Shown: piece after piece, positions 23,770 to 36,850 of the stretch
Numbering within the stretch: the first letter of the stretch is position 1
How the letters are laid out: each line of letters starts with the position of its first letter
DNA from: Azolla caroliniana
Lineage: Eukaryota > Plantae > Polypodiophyta
Assembly (NCBI GenBank): GCA_043228905.1
Contig: JBHGNT010000007.1
Location: 3,348,001 to 3,412,000 of the forward strand
DNA length: 64,000 bases
Reading direction: 5' to 3'
The notes under the pieces: generated by a model
Database searches by the model: none
What the model saw: only the letters and a program-made list of their open reading frames with translations
Told to the model about the DNA's origin: nothing
Position numbers and translations under genes: made by a program

Positions 23770-26700
23770 AGTGTGGTGCTCCATCTTCAATGACACTCAA
23801 GAATATGAAACTCCTCTCTATAACAAATTTATAATATGAGCATTCATTGATATTGTGCATCTTCAAGTCAATTTCCAGTTACTAAACAACACTATCACTA
23901 GCCTAAATTTATAATCAAGAGTTATTCCATAACATCCACTTTGTTATCTCACGGGAGTTTCCATTCATTCTCATGTTCACAAAAATGCCTATGCATTAGG
24001 TAGAGCCACCTTCAACTTAATTATAGGTATAAAAAATGACGAAGTAGGTATTCATACATGGATACAACAATGTGCATTCTGCAATATCGATGGAACCTTG
24101 TAAGTTTGTGTCTCATACAACTTTGAAGTGTGGATCAAGCATACCTTGACAATGCGAATACATTAGGTCTCCTTGTATTCAAAATAAATGTCTTCGAAAT
24201 TGTTTGATTTATTAGTCCTTTTTACAAAGATATGGCATAATCCGAAGTCGAAACATCCAAGTTCGTAGCATAACCTGATTATGTTTTCCTTATATTAAAG
24301 CTTTATGAATAATACTACTTTATTTGAATATATTGCTATCATATTGATTATGATCATGCACATGTGAGCGGATCATAACCTTGGAAATAATATACTATGG
24401 ATACTTGGGAGAGAAGACTTGTATCTTGGTATGCACCATCCTCATTAAGTAGTTACTCTAGGTATAATTTGTTTTATGTCATTTGGTATAATTTGATAAA
24501 ATATTTGATGCATTATAAAGCTTGATGAGTCCACGATTCACATGTGCATGTAGTCATATAAGAGATATGTTTATGGACTAACAATGGTGATGCTCAAGAC
24601 ACACATATGCAATTGTTTACATAGGAAAGTGAAACAAACCATGTTATATAGAGATGTTATGCATTTACAACTTATGCAAAGACATTATGCTCATAAATGT
24701 CTTTATAATATTTGAAGATAAATATGTAAGGGACAAAAAGGCAACATATGGATGTGTGGAAAATCTTACAAAGGTTTAAATTTCAACAACCTTTGTGCAA
24801 AGATAGTGATATGTTTTGGTTAATTGTTGACGCAACAAAGAGATCTCTGAACTTTATGCGAAAGGCTTCGCGAGCAAGTTGAAACCAAAAGTTCACAAGC
24901 CTCGTACACTCGTATGCCATACGCTACACAGTCCCCTATGAATTTGCAAGGGAGATGATAGAATGGAGAGTAGTTCTAAACTCATTGCAAACAGAGGAAG
25001 ATTGATGGAACAAATTGATCAATGTCGGAAATTATCATATAAGAGAAGTGGATACCGAAGTTTCTCATTCATTTTACTATGACCAACCTTTCATGTAGTT
25101 TAACAAACATTATCAAGATTTGGTACTAAAAGGAACTATGCCAATGTTTAGTCTAATGAATGAAAGAAACAATGAGTGATTTGAGACATAATGCAAATAT
25201 CATATTCCACTCTCAAGTTCAAAACTTTGAAATAACATATTGTAGAGTTTAACCTCGATAAATTTGGATGAGGACATAGATCAAAATATGGACAAATAAT
25301 CTATTGCTCTTCTATTATGTAATTAGCCTTTGCTTTTAGTGGTTTGGATCCCATGAACATGTAAGGTGTCAAGCAATAGTAGAATGTATTATTTTATAAT
25401 TAACAAAGTTTTGTTCTGATGCATGAAGAAGAAGGTAACTGTGGGAAAATCCCCAAACCTTTTAGGTATTTTATATAAAAACTATAGACAAGTTCTCAAA
25501 TTTGTTCCCTTCATGAAGAGATTCGATTAGAAAGACTTATATTTTGTCAATGTTTGACTCTATGAACCATCTTCTTTAGGAGCATTGATAATTATGTTTG
25601 ATTCCCTGTCAAGTGGGTAGATTGTCATTTCAGGATTATTGTTGTAGCTCATCACATTGTTTTCCTAAATCTTAAGTATAGGAGAAAGGACATTATTGTC
25701 CAAGATGACCAAATTCAGGAGAAACATATCATGCTTTTAATGCCGAATGACTTGATGTAAAAAAACATGACATTGTCTAGGTCACGTCAACCTGCAACTC
25801 ACTTTTATAGGTGAAACAATAGAAACAATAGTTCATGATGTGCTTAACTTAGTCATCATCCGGTTCATTAAAAAAAAGTGCATTTAAGGTTTGAAATGGA
25901 GGTGCATTATAGATGGGGGAATAACCAAGAGCATTTTCTGTGTTCTACCACTCAAATATGGGTCGAGTAAAGACATAATATTTGGAACATTTTGTGAATC
26001 AAAGAAGACAATTGCGTCTAGAAGGCAAGCCAATATTTGTTTCAGCTATCATTGAACCAATGTTTTTAATCAATTCCAACAACAAATTGAAGCCCATACT
26101 TCTAAACTTGCTTGCTTTCCCTTTCCCTCCAAAACATGGAGTCTCCAAAGGTTTGTAAGTGCATTAATCAATTGAAAGTCTCTATATTTCTTGTAAATTT
26201 TGTAGCTTGTGCCAAAATGGAGGACATGAAGTAACTACCATGTAGTATGAGCATGCATGCATTTGTGTGTGTGTGTAAATGTGTAATATAGTAATGATGT
26301 TAGACATGAAGGCCATTATTTCGTTTTTATGAATGATACATACACTATCTAGCTAAATAGATTGTTCTGAGATTGACGACTTGGGATGGGTGCACTCAAG
26401 ACTAAGCGAGAAAAGTGTGGAAGTGTTAATAAATGGGTGTCTTTTTTCAAGGGTGGATAGCAAACACCTTGAACAAAGAAACTCAATAGAAAAACAAAGG
26501 GAACCGAAATTTTCATTTACTGCTCCATAACACATAGCACATAACATTTGTCGAGTTTTGAACCATTTCCTTTTTGCACCCAAATCAACCGTAGATAAAC
26601 ACACACTAACTTTACTCAGGTTTTTACCCTTGTCTTCATTATTTAATTGTTGTTGCCAGAATGCACATGGGGTCAACCACTCAAAACTTTACAATTTGCT

Positions 26701-27231
26701 ATATTTAGTAAAATTATCTCTCTTTGGATATTGTGTTCAAATTTTATTTCATACGTCAACTACCATTCTTTAACCCCATGTTCACCGCATCTTTGGAAGC
26801 TGGAAACTAACCATTGTTTTGTCTCATTGCATCTCTTTCTTTAATTTAGCTTTGGCAACAACTTTAGCTTTATCCTACGACTAGTCATTAATGATGAGGA
26901 GAAAGTGTAACAAGCCATGTGTCGCTCTACTATCTTCACTAATATAGGTTATTAATATAAATTAAGTTTCCTCTTTGCTCTATTATCTTCACAATTTTTT
27001 CTTATTTAGTACAACAAGAAGTGCATAATAATGTAAAGCTAAAGATTTATAGTATTAGAAGATGTGATATGATCTAGAGTATCACCCATAGGCATAAAAA
27101 ATGAGCTCAATTAAGAAAATATCTTACTTATGCTAATTAATGTATCAAAATTATGAAACTTTGTTCTTGTTATGAAACTGTAAAAGCCATCATACACCTT
27201 TTCACATGTGCATGAAGAGTATAAAGAAAGA

Positions 27232-28609
27232 AATGCATGCTAATGAGGATTACATATGCCTTTGCATGCAGTGGGCAAATCTTGGAAGATGCGGCCATAA
27301 GTCCCTCTGAAATGGAATGGACAGGACTTATCGATGCTGAAAATTATCTAATTGGAATTAAGGGAATGAAAGCCGGATCTAATGAGGCATGCTACTACAA
27401 AATAGAGCATAGAATGGTAATATGTGAGCAACCAGCCTATCAAACTGAAAGGCCGATTAGGTTGCTTGCAAAAAATGGAAAGGATATGATAGTTGACCCC
27501 AAGCCAAGTGAGCTCAAACCAACGACATTGTGTTGGCAGATAGAAGGGCATTCAAATAAGCTATCATGGGACCCCGCGATGTATTTCTAGAGAACTCAAG
27601 GTCAAAGTGATGGTGCCAAGTTGGTGCAATTTTTCAGGTACAACATGAAAATCGGGAGGCAAATTATACTAAAACAAGAACACAAAGATATTGCAGCTCG
27701 TAAATTTTGGATACAAGAGGGCATTAGTGAAAGAAGATTAGCAGGAGATTAGCTAAATTCTGGAAAATGATATGGCATGACAGTGGTGACCGCAAGATAA
27801 TGATGTGGTTATGACTTATTGTGCATAGAGCCTTGCCAGTAGGGGCGTGGGCTAAAGGCCCCAATGTAGATGTAGTGCATGTGGACAACTAGAAAGCATT
27901 TCCCATTGTCTCTGGGAATGTCATGAGGCTATGGTTGTATGGAGAAGGGCATTACGATTGCTTTGCCATCCTCTAGCTCATTTACCCTCAATTGGGGACA
28001 TGCTTATTGGAATTGTCTTGATGATGACGTAAAGAAATTTGATAGCACATGTACAACTATGTACAGAGGGGAGAATGGAACTATTCAATTGATCGTTGGT
28101 AATAGTGCACCTACAAGTAATACCCAGAAGTAGAAAATTGGAGATCTATGGATGTTGCTAGCACCCATTATCATATGGAACATTTGGAGCACAAGATGTA
28201 CCAAGGTATTTTCAGCAAACAAACGGCCTCCAATAGAATCTATTAAGCTAATATGGCACACATTAATAACTACATTGAGGGCCCAATATGAGCGGATTGA
28301 TGGAATAGATGATGCTTCAAATTTAATGAGGCTGAATTTCAGAAAACAATGGTGTACTACACCGATGGCTGCAAAAATTGGAGTGGATATACGATGGCAG
28401 TATGTAGTACCGAGATGGTTGTTCCCCCCTCCCATTAGATGATAGAGGGGGTGTGAATGACATGAGAAACATGGAGAACAAACATGCAGGATATTTAGTG
28501 TAAGATAAATAAGTGATGTAGCCCATATGGAAGTAGGTAATGTCTAAAGTTGTGTATTGTATGTCATTTTAACTAATGGAGTATATTCTTCTTTGGAAAA
28601 AAAAGAAAA
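27232..28609 (+). mobile_element. 5'-truncated L1-type LINE insertion with A-rich tail and 17-bp target-site duplication
   Basis: zf-RVT-like motifs (SISHCLWEC; IIWNIWSTRC), A-rich tail at 28597-28609, and an identical aagagtataaagaaaga at 27215-27231 and 28610-28626. Confidence 0.9.
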
Positions 28610-29379
28610 AAGAGTATAAAGAAAGATGGATGCACATTCGTGCTTATAAAGAAAGGCTAAATAGGAAAACCAAGTACTGGTAATAGCTACACATCACACT
28701 TTTCTTGAACCTTCACAATATGTAGTAGAATTTGTGAAAAACTAAAGGTTGGAGCTAAAATAATTTTTTTGCACAAGTAGATAGTTAATGTTTATGATAG
28801 TGTTCTATAAGCCAATGATTAACTTTTGGGAGAAGTAGATGCAAATATTCGAATAAACGGAAAACTATCCAATGTGCTAATATGTTCTAGAAATTAGTAG
28901 ACACTTGAGTATCATGTTTATGTTTAAAAGCATTTATGTTATACTTCATCACAAATATTATTGCCTTATACTTACTAGGCAACAACTTTTGTGACTAGTT
29001 CTTCATGGAACTACTTTGTAACATGTGCACTTGCAATACATTCGAGGAAGACTTGCTTAGGAAGATTGATTATAATATTAAAGGAACATTTGAGATTTAA
29101 GATGGGTTAGACTTTGGTCATGCCATTTTCAGATTTCAATTTTATTCCAAGAGTGTGAGATAAGAAAAATGAGAGAGATCTAGTCATTAGGTCTTGGTCG
29201 ATTGAAGGGGCTTCCTTTCTTGGTTAAAAAGCAAGCTGATATCCAATGGTTTGTGGATCTTGGCACATCATGTATCGTTGATTTTTTAATGCAATATGGT
29301 TGCCATTATGTGCCAAAAACATGATATGGTCATTTGCAAGAGCTTGAACAATACATGGCTCCAGGGTTGAATTATTTTG

Positions 29380-29900
29380 AAATGCTTTAGGGTTGAGAAT
29401 TAATAAGCATAAATTTGTTCTCATTTCATGTATAGAACAAGATGTGTTAGGGTTGGGGTGGTCAAGAGGGATAGTACATCGTGGTGTGATTTGTCGTCAC
29501 CTTGGATATCCAATTGGGATGGAAGCTTCTCATGTGAAACTTATTGAGTGGGTATCCAAAAGGTTAGAGGATAAGTTTATGTATTGGAGGTCTCAATTTT
29601 GTCCTTTTCATGTACGGCTTAAGGTGGTACAATCGATTATGGTCTCTATGGTGTCTTATTATGCAGTAACATGTGGCTCATATGTTTTTCTTAAGATTGT
29701 TCATATGCTTAGGTATGGAACGTGTATATATATTGAGAAGGTTGGCTTGGTTTTCTTTGTCTTGGAGAACACTTTCAAGATTGGTGCTACAAACATGATG
29801 ATGATTCAGAATGTTTTTACAACATTTCATATTTGCACAGGTTTAGAATTATGGTATTGAGAAATATGTAAATAAGTATATAATGTCATGTCTAAACTTG
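29380..29900 (+). mobile_element. L1-type LINE ORF2 fragment (post-RT region)
   Basis: ORF 29393-29860 contains RHLGYPIG..WVSKRLEDKFMYW..RLKVVQSIM, typical of the plant L1 ORF2 region after the RT domain. Confidence 0.7.
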
Positions 29901-30519
29901 CAATATGATGACTTTTTCATAATCTTGAATTGGTGTCCTCATTTATGTCTGTTTGCATGCATTAGTTATTTGAATTGCCAAACGTCCATTTGGAATGTAA
30001 TCTACTTTGATAAATCAGGACAATTTGTGGATAGATTGATCTTGAACTTGAGAATGTAGATACCTAGTGCACATTACATCTTCAGACGCTGGACATTAGT
30101 ACAAGGAACATATTGCACTACAATGTGAAGTATTCATGGTCATCTGACAATACTTAATTCTCAAGCTTCCTTTATCAGTATATGTACAAGAACAAGAACA
30201 TAAGAAAGCCACTGAAATGAACAAATTTTCTCAAACACATGCCTAGATTGCCATGCAATCGATCCCTCAAAATTTTCACTCATATGTCTTTAAGATCCAC
30301 CTTATTGATTCAACTGTTATCACCAAAACACTAAATAACAATGATTTTCAATAGAATAATAGAAATAACTTTTTATTTGTTCTAGTGAAAATTCATCTTG
30401 ATGCATGTGCACTGAATGTTAATTATAGTTCTCACATATACATTTCTTGCAATAAAACTTCAGCAATAGTCTTCTTTGTATTATGATTTCCTGTAAATGT
30501 CTTTTTGTTTATGAAAAAC

Positions 30520-31250
30520 ATATACACAAATGAATATACATTCCTCTCCATAAGAACATTATGGCAACTTCATGTTCTATTTTCACCCTCATACCAGCGC
30601 TAATACACGGATCCCATCAGAACTCCGCAGTTAAGTGCACGTGTGCCAGAACAGTACTAGGTCCCATAGGTCAAAATTGGCCTCTTTATGGACGATAAAA
30701 ATTCTAATTCTAATTCTAAGCCACAACAAATGAATACACATTCCTGTACATGTGCATCCCTCTCCATGGGGATCATGAGTTCTTGCATAAATCTTTTTCA
30801 CCCTCAATCCTTCCATTTCATCACCTACAACAGATGAATTTACAGCACTCTTTACATGAACATGGTATCTGACATGGTCTATCTTCATATCAGAGCTTTA
30901 CTTCAGCAGCTACAAAAAAATAATGCACATTTTTATATATATGAACTTTGTGCTGTTTTATGTGGACAAATTTCCCTTTTGCAGCTTCCATTTCATTGAA
31001 AACAACAAATGAATGTACATTCATCTACAAGCAAATATAATCTTGCCTCAAAGCTTTGACTTCATGCACTACAAGCATATCATGATCTCTTACATTCAGC
31101 TCCAACACTTCCATTTCATCAGCTACAATAAATGAATGTACATTCTCCTCATGAACACCACGGGTAACTTACATAGTCTACTACCCCCTTCTTTTATCCA
31201 GCTGCAACCAAATGAATGCACATTCCCTATACATGATCTATTTTCACCTC
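30520..31250 (-). repeat. degenerate tandem array of PPR E2/E+ junction-like segments downstream of the PPR stop
   Basis: aatgaat..acat core (minus strand NVHSF-like) at ~30528, 30728, 30833, 30918, 31007, 31130 and 31210, often with DEME and RVK-coding flanks. Confidence 0.7.
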
Positions 31251-33025
31251 AAAAATTCTATTTCGTTCATTTCCATGTGCATGCCAGCCGCAATGTATAT
31301 ATTTTCCATGCATGCATATGCAGCAGCAGAGTTCTTATCCAGCTCTACTGCTTGTGCAAATGCCCATCTTCCCAACTTCACATTTACCCACTTATGACAA
31401 GCACCTAGTATAGCCAATAACAGTGGAAGGTGATCAGAATATGACACCTTGTTAAACAAACTTTGGGCCTTATCTAAGTATCCAGCACGGCCAAATAGAT
31501 CAATCATACAAGCATAGTGTTCCACTGTTGGAGAGAGATAATAAACAACGCACATATCATCAAATAGCTTTTCACCCTCCTTTAATAGACCTCCATGACT
31601 ACATCCAGTGAGCAAAATAAGAAAGGAAACCAAGTCTGGCTCAATACCATCCACCCTCATCTTTTTGAACAAGTTTAAAACAACTTCAGCCTGACCTAGC
31701 TGAGCATACCCAAACATTAGGGAAGTCCAAGATACAACATCCCTCGCTGGAAGTTGTTCAAATACTTCTTGCGCCTTTTTGAGTTCACAACATTTGGCAT
31801 ACATATTCACTAGGGTATTGCCAAGGACAATATCTTTTTGCAATAACCCTAGCTTTCTTACCTTGTTATCTATATCTTCTCCTATCTCGAGAGATCCTAG
31901 CATACCACAAACTTTCAAAATGCAAATGTAAGTGACAGTATTTGGTGAGATTCCCTCATCTTGCATTTGCTGAAAGCATTTTAAGGCATCATCACTGAGT
32001 CCTTGTGTGGTATATCCCTCCATCAAAGAAGTCCACGATACAACACTCCGAATGGGAAGCTTTTCAAATACATCTCTTGCTTTTCCTAATGCACCACATC
32101 TGGCATACATATCAACCAACGCATTGCCAAGTACCGTATGTTTTTGAAATAAACCTTGTTTTCTAACCTCAGCATCTATCTCCTCTCCTATTTGAAGTGA
32201 TCTTATAATACCACAAGCTTTCAAGACACAAAGATAAGTTACTTTATCTGGGAGTATACCCTCATCTTGCATTCTTACAAAATATTTCAACACTTCAATA
32301 CCAAGTCCTTGGTTGACATATCCAGTTAATAATACATTCCAAGAAACAACATCCCTCCCACTAAGATCTTCAAATACTTCTCGAGCATTGTCTAGTGAAC
32401 CACATTTAACATACATATCAACCAATGTATTTCCAAGCGCAATATCACCACCTTTTTTCATCAATCCTCGCTTTCTTATCTCAGCATGTATGTCTTTCCC
32501 TAGCTCAAGAGATCCCAAACTACTATATGCTTTTAAGATGCAAATATATGTCACGACATTAGGGGATATTCCTTCATGCTGCATCAATTGAAAGCACTTT
32601 AAAGCTTCATCAGCCTGTCCATGTCGAACATATCCATCAATAAGTGAAGTCCAAGTTACAACATTTCGATCCTGAATTTGATTGAATATCTGATGTGCTT
32701 TTCTGAGGTCACCACATTTAGCATATGCACTAAGAAGGGCTGTGGCAATAAATATATCCTTTAAGAGCAACTTTTTCTTGACAGCAAATGCATGGATTTG
32801 TCTTGCGTTGCACAGATCCTTTGGTTTTCTGCATGATTTTAACAGATTAAGAAGCACGGCACGATCTTGGTCTGGAAACTGGCAACGAGGAATCTCGTCA
32901 AAATGCTTGTTATCTGTTAAACCTAGAATAGTCCTTTTGCTTTTTGATGATTCAAATGGATCGATGTTTGGCATTTGTTGTGTCATGAAAATCACACTAA
33001 AATGGGGAAGAAGAAGCATTATCAT
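31244..33025 (-). CDS. PLS-class pentatricopeptide repeat protein with E domain (organellar RNA-editing factor type), no DYW domain
   Basis: 593-aa intronless ORF with repeated S-P-L triplets (LGNxLVDMYAKCG / VVSWTSLxxGY / VTYICILKAC), then L2-S2 (SFLILLTGCSHGG, VEHYACMIDLFGRAG) and E1/E2 (LLAILGAC..; AAYACMENIY). Confidence 0.95.
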   Translation of the reverse strand: MIMLLLPHFSVIFMTQQMPNIDPFESSKSKRTILGLTDNKHFDEIPRCQFPDQDRAVLLNLLKSCRKPKDLCNARQIHAFAVKKKLLLKDIFIATALLSAYAKCGDLRKAHQIFNQIQDRNVVTWTSLIDGYVRHGQADEALKCFQLMQHEGISPNVVTYICILKAYSSLGSLELGKDIHAEIRKRGLMKKGGDIALGNTLVDMYVKCGSLDNAREVFEDLSGRDVVSWNVLLTGYVNQGLGIEVLKYFVRMQDEGILPDKVTYLCVLKACGIIRSLQIGEEIDAEVRKQGLFQKHTVLGNALVDMYARCGALGKARDVFEKLPIRSVVSWTSLMEGYTTQGLSDDALKCFQQMQDEGISPNTVTYICILKVCGMLGSLEIGEDIDNKVRKLGLLQKDIVLGNTLVNMYAKCCELKKAQEVFEQLPARDVVSWTSLMFGYAQLGQAEVVLNLFKKMRVDGIEPDLVSFLILLTGCSHGGLLKEGEKLFDDMCVVYYLSPTVEHYACMIDLFGRAGYLDKAQSLFNKVSYSDHLPLLLAILGACHKWVNVKLGRWAFAQAVELDKNSAAAYACMENIYIAAGMHMEMNEIEFLR

Positions 33026-33366
33026 TACCTGTTTTGTTCACAGACCCAACCCCTGAGGGGTTGAAATGCATCAAAGATTTCTAGGGCCTCAGCAAAGCCC
33101 TAATTCCTGGGGTGCAACAAGCCCTGTTCAAGATACATTCATACATACATACATACATACAAAGGATACAAGAATATATACCAAAGAGAAGGTATCATAT
33201 CAAAACTCTTGAAGGAGAGCAAAGCTATCAAATCATTTGCCCCATCAAAGAAATTCCCCCCAAAGCTTTTCATTATTTCATAAGATGCCCCTCCCTCCCT
33301 TCTCTACCCACATGGAGTCAAAACTCTGAACAGGCACACAACGGGTGCGCGTAAATTGCCCCCGTC

Positions 33367-33862
33367 TCCATGGGTCACCAGACTTTGGCCTGTTGGCCTC
33401 TCGAATGCCATGCATGACGCACCATGACTTGGTCTCGGAAACACGTACCCTTGAGGTAATTCGGCCCATCTCCATTGTCCACCAGACTTTGGTTTGGTCC
33501 GTGGCCTCTCGAATGCCATGCATGATGCACCAACACTTGGTCTTGGACACAGGTACCTTGAGGTAATTTGGCCCATCCCCATGGTAACTACGCATGCACC
33601 TACACCCTTCCATATGCTCGAATGCACTCAGTCTTCGCATGGGCTTGCACCCATTGGTCTTCTTTCGAATCTCCTAGCCTTCCTCTTCCAACAATGAGGC
33701 ATTGTTGGTCAGGGTTAGTTACTCATGTATATTCCGGCTTGGGGTCATCCCCTGTCATTGGTCTTCTTTCAAATCTCCTAGCCTTCCTCTTTCAACAATG
33801 AGGCATTGCTGGTCAGAGTTAGTTACTCATATATATTCCGGCTTGGAGTCATCCCTTGTCAT
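33367..33862. repeat. two adjacent tandem duplications, each with a 104-bp period, upstream of the PPR gene
   Basis: caccagactttgg at 33376 and 33480; cattggtcttctttc at 33652 and 33756. Confidence 0.88.
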
Positions 33863-33992
33863 ATTCTTCCTCTCAAAGCATTGTGAGAACCGTTTGTGTT
33901 AATTTCCTAGCATATGAATGAGAAGACATGAAGAAATCTACGACTATCGCTTGTTCCCCCTCATGCCTTACCCTTGACCCCATATGATGCAT

Positions 33993-34015
33993 GTATATAT
34001 ATATATAGATAGATA

Positions 34016-34046
<31 letters not shown>

Positions 34047-34074
34047 ATATATATATATATAGATATATATATAT
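33993..34074. repeat. (AT)n/(GATATA)n microsatellite
   Basis: Direct read of the sequence. Confidence 0.9.
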
Positions 34075-34829
34075 GGAAAAGAGAACTTTAGCATGTCATT
34101 TGACATGTATAAATTTTAGGGGGCTTTCACAGGAAAATGGAAATTTAAACTTTATATGTCACTCGACAAACATTTTTATTGAGTGTATGTTTTTTACGGG
34201 CAAAATGGACTTAATGGGTTTGACACCTGTCAAAAATTTTCCCTGACCATATCCACCACATTAGTGTGCCTTCATACGACATATCAAATTTCTAGATTAA
34301 GTGGCTTGGTTTAAGAAATTCACTATAGGTGGCAAGTTGGCAACGTTTGATGTTAAAAACCTAAAAAACATCCCAAGTTTAAGGGAAAGTTTTTTATATC
34401 ATAATCCTCAAGGAGGCTAAGACTAGAGCATCGACTCGTCTTCAACCCCCTAGGATGATTGCTTAAGCTCCCAACCTTGGTGTGTTTGTAGGGCGTAGAC
34501 CTTTCAAGGGCTCCTAACCCTTGACTCAAGGCTTGGGCAAGCGCCTAACCCTCAAGGGTTCTAAAACATAACACAAAAACATATTTACAATAATATATCC
34601 AAACAAAATAACATTTACATATACTTGCCCCCATACACTTTAACATATTTACACACATTATATACCCACTTACCTTCCACACATACACACATACCCTTTC
34701 TTTGACTTCGCTTACCTTTTCATACTCACACATATACTTAAAATATACAAGCACAAACCTCATTTCAAACAAATTGTATGTATGTATGTATGTACTAATA
34801 CATACGCATATACATTCACACACCCTTCA

Positions 34830-36850
34830 CTTAGCACCTTTGATTTGAGCTAGAGTGCCCATCAACTCCTGAGTCCCGCCTTTGCTCTCTTGATTGATGA
34901 CCCATCCAATAACAATTAGAATCATATCGACTATTATGAAACATAGTGTACCCTCCTACATCATTGGTTTTTCTTATTGGTGGTATTTTAAGTAATAACC
35001 CCTTAAGCCTCAACATGGCTTTGATATGCTCTTTAGCCTCATTGAACATTTGTACCTTCTTTAGAAACCAATATAGAAGCTTTTTTAAAATGTACACACC
35101 GATAAAACTTCTAACCTCCATCTATGATTCACATACCTCCTACATCTCCTAGATTATATTCACCTTTGATGAGTAGGGCATCACGGCCATTTGCACCACA
35201 GAACGTGCCCAATCAGTAGAACCTTTGATTGTCTAAATTTAGTATTCTGGTCGGAAAATGTTATGTGCACATCCTTCTGGCCTTTGTAACATTGTTTCCT
35301 CCCCAATGTGATCTAATAAAAGAATTTGCATTCCTAATAAATGAATTCATATTTTTCTTCTTCCTAATAAACTCTTTATTGGAATATCATCCAAGAACAA
35401 CATGGTGTCGCTATCAAGAATACAATGCCTTGGCACCTTGTTCCTGGTATTCATCATAAGCACAATAGAGTTAATAGCCCCATGCAACATCCTCACCAAT
35501 CCAATCAAAATTTTCATCATGCTTATGTCCTTGCTATCAATGAGCAATTTTAACTAGTCATGCCCTAAGTAGAGATAATCAATCGAGTAAATTTATCTTC
35601 CGTTGAAAACTTATTCTTTTCCCTCGTGTATGTTGTATCTTTTAAAGATTCTCTAAGTGTAGAACCCTATGCTTTCTTCCCTCATGAAGAACATCCACAC
35701 TACAAGAAAAACACATTATATTTATCATGGGATGATCTTTACTACAAAATTCTAGGGATTTAGTTGTTTTGAACCAATTTGCCCATACTCTAATAGTTTG
35801 ACCTAAATATATGAAGTACGTTTCCCTTACGGCTATCCTTCATGTGTTCATGGTTCTATCAATTTATTAGGAGTTCGATCAACCTTTCCCTACCTTGGAT
35901 TTTAATCCTAACATTGTCCAATCCATTATATAGGAATTTGGTCTCCATCCAAGATGTTACATTTGGGCAAACTCAAAAAAGTTATATTTGGTTATTTGAA
36001 TTGCCACTTGAATCTTCCACCCATTACTAATGTCGATGTATTGTATTGTATTGCATGTGTCAAGTATATATTGTATGTATTGTATTGTATTGCATGTGTC
36101 AAGTATATATTGTATGTATTGTATTGCATGTTTTGTACGTATTGCGTGTATGTATGTTTGTGTGTCTTATGTGTATGTAGTACCATGTGAGTGTGTGTGT
36201 GTGTATGTCCTTGCTTTTGAGGTGGTTGTGATTCCTTGAAATGGGTATGTATGGTCTATTTCGGCGATATTGATCCCCCCCAATATTCATGTGTACCCTT
36301 CATAGCAAGGGATCAAATGAAGGAACATTCACAATTGGCTCTCATTTCAACTCAAATCATGGAAGCTTGGGTTTCCTTCACTTGGCAAAAGTAGTTTCAT
36401 CAACAACATATGTTATTGAGTAGTACCACATCGCAAACTTGTCATATGACATAGCATTCGAAAGACTCGGCGAGAAGATTTGAGGATACCAAGGAACGCT
36501 CAAATTGACAATGGGAAAGTAGAAATATGTGTTTTCTTGTGGTAGAGAATCCAAAAAGTTGCGGACATTTAACAAAATATGGTGCATATGAGATCATCTT
36601 TTACCAATGCATTAAGATATCTCATGTTTCTACGTAGAAATTGTGCTTTGACGAGTGACATGTTCTCATATTCATACACTAGATTTCTTATTAGCAACTT
36701 TATTAACTCAAAGTAGTAGATTGCACCAGTATGCTCAAGCATATGCAAACCAACCATTTGAATTTGGTGGTTTTTAGGTAGTTTGAGCCCGGGGTAATTG
36801 GCTTTTGGTTGGGGCATCTCATGTTAGACATATGATGTTAGTCTTTCAAT
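34830..36850 (-). mobile_element. decayed Ty3/gypsy pol remnant (protease-RT-connection)
   Basis: Minus-strand motifs in gypsy order: LEHTGAIYYF (protease LxDTGA), RKDKF (D.FP.PRID region), a degenerate FEW.VM.FGL.N, FLDDI (YxDD) and EVRSFIG. Confidence 0.7.
36035..36132. repeat. 39-bp tandem repeat, ~2.5 copies
   Basis: gtattgtattgtattgcatgtgtcaagtatatattgtat repeated. Confidence 0.85.

Noticed and set aside
31244-33025. DYW or DYW:KP (U-to-C) editing domain
   Set aside because: No HxE..CxxC or DYW-like sequence is visible in or after the ORF.
35698-35710. cactacaagaaaa resembling a CACTA terminus
   Set aside because: It lies inside the gypsy RT remnant and has no matching opposite end or TSD.
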